64,000 nucleotides of DNA from assembly GCF_000143415.4 (NCBI RefSeq), contig NW_003314423.1, positions 93,072 through 157,071 on the forward strand, written 5' to 3'. Below the pieces are notes generated by a model. It was not told where the DNA came from. It made no database searches and worked only from the letters and a program-made list of their open reading frames with translations. Shown here piece after piece: positions 23,701 to 36,381 of this stretch. The stretch's first letter is position 1. Each line of letters begins with the position of its first letter. Made by a program: the position numbers and the translations under genes. This stretch comes from Selaginella moellendorffii. Lineage: Eukaryota > Plantae > Lycopodiophyta.

Positions 23701-26700
23701 GTTGGCAGGATTAATGTAAGCCTATCGATGGTTCCAGTGGTTCTGTAAGTTGTTCCATGTACCATGGGTGAAAGCAAACCTCCCTGGGTTTGCTATGAGT
23801 GGCAAATAGGCTGGTCCGTAGCTGTTTAGCACGGCACTAGTGGATCCTTCCTAGGTATGGTTATAAGTGGATCAATCAAGACTGTAGGGATTAGTCTATT
23901 GGTTCAAGTAATCATTGCCGTGCTCTCTCATAAGCTTTTCTTGGACTGGACTAAAAGCAGTGCGAAAGCAAGCTTGAGGTTTGGTCAAAAGATGAGACCG
24001 AAAAGAGAGTCATCGGGGACGGAGGATCAAATACGTAAATCATTTTCTCTTCTTGGAGAGATGATTTGCAACGAGGTGTTAACTCATTGCTTGTGTTCAC
24101 ATTATGCAATCAAGAGTCCCTACCTTGATGCATGTTGGAAATGATGGTCTTACAAGTGGTGAGTTATGGGATGGATAGTGGTGAAACACTAAACCATTTT
24201 GTCTAGGCTCGCTATTGGAAGACTTGGGTTGCAGTGCTCAATTCTTTTCCGGGGAACCTTGCTATTGTTCCTTGAGTAGCTTGGTGTTGGATTAGTTTTG
24301 AGATTGGTCGGATAGAGAGTGGCATGAGCTTGTCCGTGTTGTAAACAAAAGTTAGTGGTGTTGGGTGTCGTAAACCTCTATTGGTGGAGTGTGGCATTTA
24401 TGTTGCATTTTGTCGAATCGAGTTGGCATTTGATATTCACATGAACGTTTGAAGTAATGACATAAGCCTTGCTCATTGCGTTACTCAATTGATGATCAAG
24501 TCATTGTGATTTATATCATATCCATGTGATAATGAGCAACGTGTTTACGAAGTTGCTTGATTAAATGATGATCAACCCCAAAGTGGTTGATGGAGAAGCT
24601 AGTCTACTTGCACGAAGTAGCATTGTAGAAACTTTGACTGGATTCTCAATGGCGGTCCATTATGCTAAGCTTAAGTTGGTACCTTGTTTCCTTGAGGGTT
24701 TGCCCATAAGGTGTTGGGAATGGGTTGTAGCATTCATTTGTTATAGCTCATCTGTTGATCCGTTAGCACTTGGAGTAGATTATTGGATGGAGAAGATGTG
24801 AGGTTGACGCATTGACATCGCTAGCACTTGTGTTAGTGGAAGTGGCATTGTTGATTCGAGTGATGAGGAATTTTCCTTAGAGCTTGATTTTCCATGTCAT
24901 TTTTCTTGTTAGTGTTTTGGCTTCACATTGGATCTTGAAGGTGGTTGAAGAAGAGTGTTAGTGCAATGTGGATATCTGAAGATGTGGTCTTCGTGATCAA
25001 GCCTTGGATGTTCATTTTGCACTTTGCGGATGTCGGTGTTGGATGTCGGTTATATGGGCAAAGATGTTCGATGCTTAAGCATGTTGTTCGATCATGAGAA
25101 TTTGTGTTGAGGTGAGCCTATGTGAAGTTGTTGGTAGGAGGAAGTTGGTTGAGTCTTGAAAGTTTGCAATCCTGGACTGAGAGTCATTCTTTCTCTAGGA
25201 TGGGAAATTTTCCACAAATTTTCTTAGACTTTTCCAATGGCTGGTCTATTGATCATTTTGTCCGAAAACCATTCCGTTTTCGAAAGCCAGTACAAACTAG
25301 TGAAAGGGGGTTGGAGTTGACTTCGGTTGGCTTAGATCTTAGTAAGTAGTTTGTATGATGCGACCCGAAAGGGATGCTAACTTTTGAAGCTAAAGCAATT
25401 GAGTTGGATAGAGTCTGGAGTTGGTGTAGAAGAGTGGCCGTTGCACTTTTCTAAGAAAGGTGACCCTTGTGCCTTTCTTTTGTAGCGTTATGCTTGGTAG
25501 CAGGTTGCACTTTGCATTTCGTTAGACTCTATGAGAGTAGTGAGCTCTCACTGATCTTGATTTGGTCTTGGTGGCTTTGCGCTTTGGCTGAGGATGGTGA
25601 TGTCCAACTTAGTTGTTTGCAAGTTGAAATGTTGGCACCCGTACTGTAGCTTTGTCTATGAGGAGGTTGTGTACCGAAATGATCCATCTCATGGTCTTCA
25701 CTTTAGTTTCGACTGAGTGTTGATCATGCATAGCTAGCCTCTTCAAGGCATACTCAGAGCTAGTGGCTAAATGCATTAGTGAGCTTATCGCAGTTGAGTT
25801 GGATTCGAGTGGTCATTTAGTTTGTGCTTGTCCATGAACATTTATCTCAACCTGGGGTATCACGTTCATGTTGGACAAGTATATGACTCAATGGCATGAG
25901 TTTAGTGTTTGAGTCTTGTGAAGGCAAGTTGAGGGGTGATTGTTAGTTGCTTTGTGACTAGTGATTACTTGTAAACTTTGTCGAAAGACTATGACACTTG
26001 CTTCACTCGATGATGATTTAGTAGTGATGGGCTTGCTTTGCCGGATGGTGTTGCGGAGGATCGTGTCATTAAACTTACATGGGTTTTCCATGTTAGCATG
26101 TCGACTCTACCTCTGTTAATATCATTTGGTTGCGTTTAGTTCGTGGTGTTGGATTTCATGGAGTCTTGGATGTGGTGATTCACTCCTTGAGGAAGTGTTA
26201 TCTGTGACTGAGTATTGTTGAGAGATTGGTCTCGGATACTGAGTAAAGTATCTTCGACCTTGGTTAGCTTGGTTGTTAGAGAGCTTTGAGTGGTGATACA
26301 CTTGTGCTTTCTTTTAGCTTTGTTCTAGTGTTGATGGCATTGAAGCGATGCCTTTTCATTGACATTGTTGAAGTTGATATTCAAGTGAAATGAGATATCT
26401 CTCCATAGGATTGATATTGAGTGTCATTAGTCTCAATGAAGATAGTGTTGATGATTTGGCTATGGCTTTGTGTTATTGGCATTCGTACATTTGCTAGTTA
26501 GCAACTATGTTAGCATTCAAACAAGCTGAGTGGCAAGTTTGAGTTAGTTGTGTTCTAGACGAGATTATTTAGTAGGGGTTGAGCTTTGGCTTTTCCTTGA
26601 AAAGTGATTTAGTTGTGGATAACACTAACTTTACGAGATGAAGAGTTAGTGATTGATATTGGAATATTTGAATCCTTATTGGATTTGAGTTGGAATATAT

Positions 26701-29700
26701 CGATCATTGATGATTCTTCTTGTGCTTGTTATGATGTGAGTTACGTCTTGCTATAGATGGATTCATGGAGGATCGTTTGATGATCACTTGTTGAGCATAG
26801 CTTTATTATGCTTAGCTTTTGGATTGATGCAGACATGCTCTTCATTAGCTTTGCATTATGAAGTTTAGCTTATAGATGTGTTGAGGAGGATATTGTGTGT
26901 TGTACCATGATTTTTTCTTTAGCATTGACGTTAGTCCATGCAAGACTCGTGATCATTATTAGGCAAGACTTGGCTATAGACTTCTTCGAACTTTTGGTTC
27001 TTTGAGTTTTATGCTCATTGTTCCATTTGTTAGAAGTTATTGGGGAATGCATTTTGGCTTGTTAGCTTCGATGAAGTTAGTATTTGCATCTGGCAATCAT
27101 TGGTGATGATTAATTATCATCTAAGATAGTTGATTATCCTTGTCAAGGGTTTTGCTTGGTTGTTGTTGATATAGAATGATTCGCTGCTCCTTGAGATAGT
27201 GGATTCTTTCTTAGACGATGATTATGCATCTCTTTATTGATAGGATGATTGATGATCTTTTATGGTGGTTAGTTGTTCTCTTTGATGGCTTGTGGCTTTT
27301 CGCAATATCACATGTTCTTTGTGGTTTGCTCTGGATTGGTCTCTTGGGTTTGAGACATCAGTAGGATGTTGCTGACACTTACTTAAGCAACTTGAGTTCC
27401 TTAGTATTGTTGGCTAGGATCTATTTGGATTGGCTCGTATGATAGTTGACATGACCGAGTGTTTGTTGGCCATACAACATTCATTCTATTTTGTTGATTA
27501 TTGCTCGAGTTTGTTCTGATAGATTGGAATGTTATTTCCTCCGGGTGATACATTCGCGAGCATTTTGCTTGCTTGTCGATGATACTTGGTGTTCTCTGAG
27601 TTATCTCTCGTAAGTTGTTAGCTTACTGTCTACTATCTTTGGTAGTTAAGTTTCATCATTGAGTTTCCTTGATGATATACTTGCTATTGAATTTTGTTGG
27701 ATGGTCATTCCTATGTTTTCCAATGATAGTGGTCTTGGTGGTTCCTATACTATAATACTAGTTTATCGGATGATAACTTACTTGGAATACTTTTGTGTTC
27801 TAATTTAAGATATCTTCACTGATAATTAAGACTCTAAGATATCATTGTCTATGACTTTGATATTGTCCATCTATTGATCTTTGAGTTTGGGCCAGTAATA
27901 GGCAGACTGGCTTCGGCACTTCGTGTGCATGTTGAAATCTCTAGTCATGGGGTAGCTACTGTCGACTGGTCACATAACCCGCCTCTCTGTCGATGTTCCT
28001 TATTCCGTTAAAAGGGCGTGACCGTGTAAACAACTCTAACTGCCTGTTTACAGTAGTCTATCTAAACCTTACCGACGGGTTTGGTTTCTTTGCTTAGGAG
28101 GGTTGGGGCCTCTGGCTTCTCTCTCTATGTTCCTGCGGGCAGGGGCATATCACACTTTTGTAAGCTGGGTGACTCCCAGAGCAGCAAGGGTGGCTGACTC
28201 CGTTGGTCATTTCCTTGTCGGCGACGGCCGGAAGGTGTCTGAGCTGGTAGCGCATCCGCGTTAGACAAAGAGGTTACCCCTAACTCATTTAAGTTGGTGC
28301 ATTTCTCACATAGTGTGAGTACCGTGAACTTTTTCTGGAGTTGTTTCCTTGGCGGTATTCTAGACTCGAGTATGCATCGACGAGGACGTCGATCTTCCCA
28401 AGGGGGGGAGAGTGTCGCGAATGTGACTTCAGGTATCGAAAGTTACCTGTCGGCTAGTCCTTACGGACACTCTTACCTTACTGCCACGATGGCAGGAGGT
28501 CGGTATTGCTGGTTCCTTTTATCAGCCCCTCTTGTTCAAGTGTTAGTTTACTGGGCTTAGCACCTGTACTTAGCCAGATGGACATAAGGTAGGAACTCCT
28601 ATGTGTTTCTAGCTGAGCATACTCGGCCTGGCTCTTAGTTCTCTTTTGCTCTGTCTTGCACTGGCTTGACAAGAACCCTCGCGTATTGAGATTGGTCCCT
28701 CAATATCGCCGGATGATAGCTTATCGTGTCTGCCAAACACCCTCGCTATCATGCCCTTTGTGTTAGTCTCATTTTGGTCCCAAATGCTATTTATGGAAAG
28801 TGTCCAGATTTGCTCATTTGGCATATCTACGGAATGTAGAGATCGTCCTGAACACAATGGTGTTCGTCCCGTGTCCAAATTCGCAATCTAGGGACATTCC
28901 ATATTTAGTAAGTTTCGAGCTTGTCCTATAGACTAACTCCTAATACTAAGGGAGGCTTGGGGTGAAAGCCCAAAGCGTGTGTTCCTCAAGGGGGGGGGGC
29001 TGTGGGGGGTTCCAAATGTATAGTAGGGATAGTGGGTAGGTCGGGCATGGCCGACCAACCTGAGGCATAGTCTAGCTCCCGCTTGCGTGCCTGTCCTTGT
29101 TCTGCGTCTGGCTTGGGTCTAAGCCCAAGTTCCATTCCATGCTAGTTGGTGGAGTACCCATGTCCTCGCGTTAGGCCACCGGTATGCCGAAATAGCGCCA
29201 GACTCCGTTTGGCTCCGTTTTGTGTGCTGGTCCTGGCATTGGGATGCTGGTTACTCTAGGACTGTTCCAAGTCGCTCCGGGCCCCTGTCCCTTTGCTCCT
29301 TGGGCTTTACGCTTGGGAGTTGCTCCGTGGTTCGGTTCCGTCACTCCTTGGCTTCGTGCTTGGGAGTTTGGCACCGTTCCTTTGTTCAGTGGCCCAAGGC
29401 CCTGAACCTCGGGTTCCTGTGGACACGTGGCATGGACACGTGGCATGTGACACGTGGCATCTGTCACGTGGCACAAAGAGGGTTTAGGTTCCGCTTCGTG
29501 GTGTTATCCTATGGTAAAACACCATAGGATAAAGAGTCAAAACCACGTGCGCTACACCCTTTTAACAGAACAAGGAACATCGACAAAGAGGCGGGTTGTG
29601 TGACCAGTCGACAGTAGCTACCCCATGACTAGAGATTTCAACATGCACACGAAGTGCCGAAGCCAGTCTGCCTATTACTGGCCCAAACTCAAAGATCAAT

Positions 29701-32700
29701 AGATGGACAATATCAAAGTCATAGACAATGATATCTTAGAAGCTTAATTATCAGTGAATATATCTTAGATTAGAACACAAAAGTATTCCAAGCCAGTTAT
29801 CATCCGATAAACTAGGATTACAGTATAGGAACCACCAAGATCATCATAATTGGGAAACATAGGAATCACCATCTAACAAAACTCAATAGCAAGCGTATCA
29901 TCGAGAAAACTCAATGACAAAACTTAACTACTGAAGATGGCAGATAGTATGCCGAACAACTTACCAAAGATAACTCAAAGAACACAAATTATCATCAACT
30001 GGCAAGCAAAATGCTTGCGAATGTATCACCTGGAGGAAATAACATTCCAATCTATCAGAACAAACTCAAGCAACAATCAACAGAAGAGAATGAATGCGGT
30101 AAGATTAATAAACACTCACTCCTGCCAACTATCACAAAAGTCAATCTGAATAGATCCCAGCCAACAATACCAAGGAACTCAAGTTGCCTAAGCAAGTGTC
30201 AGCAATATCCTACTGATGTCTCAAACCCAAGAGACCAATCCAGAGCAAACCACAAAGAACATGCGGTATTGCGAAAAGCCAAAAGCTATCAAAGAGAACA
30301 ACTAACCATCATGAAAGATCATCAATCATCCCATCAATAAAGAAATGCATAATCATTGTCAAAGAAAGAATCCACCATCCCGCAGAATGGCAAACCATTC
30401 TATATCAACAATAACTAAGCAACACCCTTGACAAGGATAATCAACTATCTTAGATGATAGTCAATCATCGCCAATGATTGCTAAACGCAAATACTAACAT
30501 CAATATCGAAGCTAACAAGCCAAAATGTTTTCCCCAACAACTTCTAACAAATGGAACAATGAGCATAAAACTCAAAGAACCAAAAGCTCGAAGAAGTCTA
30601 TAGCTAAGTCTTGCTTAACAATGATCACAAGTCTTGCATGAACTAACTTCAATGCTAAAGAAGAAATCATAGTACAACCCACAACATCCTCTTCAACACA
30701 TCCATAAGCTAAACTTCATAATGCCAAAGCTAATGAAGAGCATGTCTGCATCAATCCAAAAGCTAAGCATAACGAAGCTATACTCAACAAGTGATCACCA
30801 AACGATCCTCCATGAATCCATCTATAGCAAGACGTAACTCACTTCATAACAAGCATAAGAAGAATCATCAGTGATCGATATATCCCAACTGAAATCCAGC
30901 AAGGATTCAATCACTAACTCTTCCCTCTTATAAAGCTAGCATAGTCCATGACTAAATCACTTTTCAAGGAAAAGCCAAAGCTTAACCTCTACTAAATAAT
31001 CTCGTCTAGAACATAATTAACTCAAACTTGCCACTCAGTTCATTTGAACGTCAACATAGTTGCTAACTAGCAAATGCGCGAATGCTAATAACACAAAGCT
31101 ATAACCAAATCATCAACACTATCTTCATCGAGAACAATGAAACTCAATATCAATCCTAAGGATAGATATATCATCTCACCTGAATCTCAACATCAATATT
31201 ATCAATGACAAAGCATCACCTCAATGCCATCAACACCATAATAAAGCTAGAAGAAAGCAAGAGTGAATCACCACTCAAAACTCTCTTGCAACCAAGCTAA
31301 CCAAAGTCGAAGATACTTTACTCAGTATCCTAGACTAATCCTTCAACAATACTCAGTTACAGATAACACTTCCTCAAGGAGTGAATCACCACATCCAAGA
31401 CTCCATGAAATCCAACACTATGAACTAAATGCAACCAAATGGTATAAACAAAGGTAGAGTCAACATACCAACATGGAAAACCATATAAGTCTAATGACAC
31501 GATCCTCTGCAACACCATCCGATAAAGCAAGCCCATCACTGCTGAATCATCATCAAGTGAAGCAAGTGTAACAGTCTTCGACAAAATCTACAAGTAATCA
31601 CTAGTCGCAAAGCAACTAACAATCACTCTTTCAACTTGCCTTCACAAGACCCAAACACTAAACTCATGCCATCGAGTCATATACTTGTCCAACATGAACG
31701 TAATACCTCATGGACGAGATAAAGGTTCATAGACAAGCACAAACTAAATAACCACTCGAACCCAACTCAACCGCGATAAACTCACCAATGCATTTAACCA
31801 CTAGCTCTGAGCATGCCTTGAAGAGGCTAGCTATACATGATCAACACTAAGTCGAAACTCAAGTGAAGACCATGAGATGAACTCATGTCAGTACACAACC
31901 TCCTCACAGACAAAGCTATAGTATGGGTACTAACATCTCAAACTCAAACAACTAAGTTGAACATCACTATCCTCAGCCAAGGCGCAGGGCCACCAAGACC
32001 AAGTCAAGATTAGTAAGAGCTCACTACTCTCATAGAGTCTAATAGAATGCAAGGAGCAACTTGCCACAAGCATAACGCTGTAAAAGAAAGGCACAAGGGT
32101 CACCTTTCTAGAAAAGTGCAATGGCCACTTTTCTACATCAACTCCAGACTCTATCCAACTCAATTGCTCTAGCTTCGAAAATCAGCATCCCTTTCGGGTC
32201 GCATCATACAAACTACCTACCAAGGTCTAAGCCAACCGAAGTCAACTCCAACCCCTTCACTAGTTTGTACTGGCTTACGAAAACAGAATGGTTTTTGGCA
32301 AAGTGATAATAGATTAGCTATTGGAAAAATCTAAGAAAATTTGTGGAAAATTTTCCATCCTAGAGAAAGAATGGCTCTCAGTCCAGGAATGCAAACTTTC
32401 AAGACTCAACCAACTTCCTCCTACTAACAACTTCACATAGGTTCACCTCAACATACATTCTCATGACCCATAGTATGCTTAAGCCTTGAACATCTCTTTT
32501 TGCCCATACTTCCGACATCCAACACCGACATCCGCAAAATGCAAAGTGAACATCCAAGGCTTGATCACGAAGACCACATCTTCGGATATCTACATTGCAC
32601 TAACACTCTTCTTCAACCACCTTCAAGATCCAATGTGAAGCTAAAACACTAACAAGAAAAATGACATAGAAAATCAAGGTCTAAGGAAAATTCCTCATCA

Positions 32701-35273
32701 CTCGAACAACAATGCCACTTCCACTAACATAAGTGCTAGTGATGTAAATGCCTCAACTACACACCTTTTCCATCCAACAATCTACTCCAAGTGTTAACGG
32801 ATAAACCAACAAGCTATAGCAAGTGAATGCTATAACCCTTTCCAACACATTATGGGCAAACCCTCAAGGAAACAAGGTACCAACTCAAACTTAGCATAAT
32901 GGTCCACCATTGAGAATCTAGTCAAAGCTACTACAATGCTACTACGTGCAAGTAGATTAGCTTCTCCATCAACCACTTTGGGGTTGATCATCGTTAACCA
33001 AGCAACTTCGTAAACACATTGTTCATTATCACATGGATATGATATAAGTATCACAATGACTTGATCATCAATCAAGCAACAATATGAGCAATGCCAATGT
33101 CATTACTTCAAAGGTTTATGTGAGCATCAAGTGCCAACTCAATTCGACAAAATGCAACATAAATGCCACACTCCACCGATAGAGTTTTATAACACCCAAC
33201 ACCACTAACTTTTTGTTCACAACATGGACAAACTCATGCCACTCTCTTTCTGACCAAACTCAACACTAATCCAATACCAAGCTACTCAAGGAGCAATAGC
33301 AAGGTTCCCCGGAAAAGAATTGAGCATTGCAACCCAAGTCTTCCGATAGCAAGTCTAGACAAAATGGTTTAGCGTTTCACCGCTATCCATCCCATGACTC
33401 ACCATTTGTAAGACCATCATTTCCAACATGCATCAAGATAGGGACTCTTGATTGCATAATGTGAACACGAGCAATGAGTCACACCTCGTTGCAAATCATT
33501 TCTCCAAGAGAAGATGATTTACGTGTTTGATCCTTCGTCCCCGATGACTCTCTTTTCGTTCTCAATTTTGACTAAACCTCAAGCTTGCTTTCGCACTACC
33601 TTCAGTTCAATCCAAGAAAAGTTTATGAGAGAGCACGGCAATGATTACTTGAACCAATAGACTAATCCCTACAGTCTTTACTGATCCACTTGTAACCATG
33701 CCTAGGAAGGATCCACTAGTGCTATGCTAAACAGCTACAGACCAACCTATTTGCCACTCATAGCAAACTTAGGGAAGGTTTACTTTCACCCACGGTACAT
33801 GGAACAACTCATGGAACCACTGATAGGCTAACATTAATCCTGCCAACTCAAAGTGTAACCTCAAGTTGCTAATGCGCCTCACTCACGAGCCCAAGCTCAA
33901 ACTCGTGCTAACGGAGCATCTCAAATCCATCCTATGAGCCCAAGAGCAAGCTCACATTGTTAGGTACAAAAGGTAACCAAAACCATACCCAAGGAACAAA
34001 TGTGAACCCTTTGCACCAAACGTGTACCCACTCGGATCATCGTTTTCATCTCTGCGTATGCAACGAGACTAGTTGCCCAATCTCATTGTATAGTACTCGC
34101 TGAGACTCACCCTCTAATACCAAATGTAGCGCACGTGGTTTTGACCCTTTATCCTATGGTGATTTACCATAGGATAACACCACGAAGCGGAACCTAAACC
34201 CTCTTTGTGCCACGTGACGGATGCCACGTGTCACATGCCACGTGTCCATGCCACGTGTCCATAGGAACCCGAGGTTCAGGGCCTTGGGCCACTGAACGAT
34301 AGAACGGTGCCAAACTCCCAAGCATGGAGCCAAGGAGTGTCGGAACCGAACCATGGAGCAACTCCCGAGCATAAAGCCCAAGGAGTGAAGGGACAGGAGC
34401 CCGGAGCGACTTGGAATAGTCCTGGAGCAACCAGCATCCCAATGCCAGGACCAGCACGCAAAACGGAGCCAAATGGAGTCTGGCGCTATTTCGGCATACC
34501 GGTGGCCTAACGTGAGGATATGGGTACTCCACCAACTAGCATGGAATGGAACTTGGGCTTAGACCCAAGCCGGACGCAGAACAAGGATAGGCACGCAAGC
34601 GGGAGCTAGACTATGCCTCAGGTTGGTCAGCCATGCCCAACCTACCCACTATCCCTACTATACATTTAGAACCCCCCATAGCCCCCCCCCCCCTTGAGGA
34701 ACACACGCTTTGGGCTTTCACCCCAAGCCTCCCTTAGTATCAGGAGTTAGTCTCTGGGACAAGTTCGAAACTTACTAAATATGGAATGTCCCTAGATTGC
34801 GAATTTGGACACGGGACAAACACCATTGTGTTCAGGACGATCTCTACATTCCGTAGATATGCCAAATGAGCAAATCTGGACACTTTCCACAAATAGCATT
34901 TGGGACCGAAATGAGACTAACACAAAGGGCATGATAGCGAGGGTGTTTGGCAGACACGGTAAGCTATCATGTAGCGATATTGAGGGACCAATCTCAATAC
35001 GCGAGGGTTCTTGTCAAGCCAGTGCAAAACAGAGCAAAAGAGAACTAACAAGCCGGGCCAAGTATGCTCAGCTAAATAGACACTTAGGAATTCCTTCCTT
35101 ATGCTCATCCGGCCAAGTACAGATACAAAGTCCAGTTTACTAACACTTGAACAAGAGGGGCTAATAAAGGGAACCAGCAATACCGACCTCCTGCCATCGT
35201 GGCAGTAAGGTAAGAGTGTCCGTAAGGACTAGTTGACAGGTAACTTTCGATACCCGAAGTCACATGCGCGACA
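20721..35273 (-). mobile_element. Non-autonomous LTR retrotransposon (LARD-like), outer copy, ~7.27 kb excluding the nested insert
   Basis: LTRs at 20721-21875 and 34125-35273 (TG...CA). TSD ATGTA at 20716-20720 and 35274-35278. Minus-strand PBS tttggtattagagg next to 34125; PPT caaggggggagag next to 21875. No gag-pol ORF. Confidence 0.95.
22277..29556 (+). mobile_element. Non-autonomous LTR retrotransposon (LARD-like), inner young copy, 7280 bp
   Basis: 1144-bp LTRs at 22277-23420 and 28413-29556 look identical. PBS TGGTATCAGAG at 23423; PPT AAGGGGGGGAGAG at ~28400-28412. TSD CCCTT at 22272-22276 and 29557-29561. The 5-kb interior has no ORF over ~100 aa. Confidence 0.96.
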
Positions 35274-35646
35274 ATGTAGTTGCTTGATGCTATGCAATTG
35301 TAGTTAAACAATTAAACTTAGGAGGCTACTACTCTATATAAAAATGAACGAAAAGGAAAAAAAAAGAAAAAATTGAAAAATTTATAAGGAAAGTGAAATC
35401 TAGACAATGCAAAAGCTTCATCTAAACCAAAATCCAAAATATAACCATTCATCAGGGACAATTAAAAATGCTTCTCACCTACACTAATGTGAGTGTATAG
35501 AATATTGAAATAAGCCTAAAAACCCTAGTTATATACAAAAGTTGATATTAATTTGACAGCTGTCAAAATCCCACTACACTAATATTAGTATATGGCATCA
35601 TAGCTGTATACTTCAATATCATAATATTAATTGTTTTATTTCCAAG

Positions 35647-35647
<1 letters not shown>

Positions 35648-35696
<49 letters not shown>
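35648..35696. repeat. (AT)n microsatellite
   Basis: Perfect AT run of ~48 bp. Confidence 0.95.
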
Positions 35697-35702
<6 letters not shown>

Positions 35703-36381
35703 TAAATCAATCTATCTTATATATTTAAATCTTATTATGGCCCAGGATGAATAATTTGCTACATATTGTATGCAACAACACTTGATAATAGTATTGTTAT
35801 ATATATTTAATATTATTTAGTAATTTAATCTAGTGTATAATTATAATTATTGCATAAGAATAAACTAATATACTAGGAAGTGTTTAAGAAAGTCTAAAAA
35901 TTATAACTGTTAAATAGTATAATTCAAGAATATCCAAGCATATTCTAAGAGTCTAAACACATCTAAAATGTGATTTTTTTTCTTATAAAAGGTTTGGCTC
36001 TTATAAAATTCTAAGTGTTGACAATAAAAATTATTCTATTTCTTTAGGTCGATTCTTGAAAAATATAGAATATTAACATATTGATTGAATGCTATGTTTA
36101 TTTTTTATCTTTCACAAATGAATATAAATGTTTTTCTCATTAATAATTTTACTCAAGCAAACCTGTAAGTAGAAGTTGCAATGCATAACAAACACAGCAA
36201 TACTATTTTTCTTTCTTTGGGGAGTTTGCTCATTTTTCTTGATTTTTAGTAATAAAATAAGCCACAGTGATGGCTATTACTGAGTGATTATTAGATATTT
36301 ACAATATGAGGACATTCTACATTTATTCATTTAGATTAATTTTGTGTGCTACTTTTTTTCTCTTACCGATAATTAAGAACA

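Larger units (their letters stand above)
19012..35623 (-). mobile_element. Old decayed Gypsy-like LTR relic hosting the nested elements
   Basis: Degenerate direct repeats at 19012-19188 (TGTGAG...CTCACA) and ~35488-35623 share aaaatcccacta(t/c)actaatattagtata. A minus-strand purine tract aaaagaagaggatga abuts 19188. Gag-like CL*GTAL*WYNGL on the minus strand near 20465-20510. Confidence 0.5.

Noticed and set aside
29937-30340. 109-aa N/Q/K-rich ORF antisense to the LARD
   Set aside because: The inner copy has stops in the equivalent region; explained by strand compositional skew.
20750-35311. Recurrent 60-113 aa ORFs in the LTRs (MDTGRTPLC..., MGFMLGSC...)
   Set aside because: They recur only because the LTR is repeated. 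Lengths and stops vary between copies, many begin at non-ATG codons, and no domain is recognisable.
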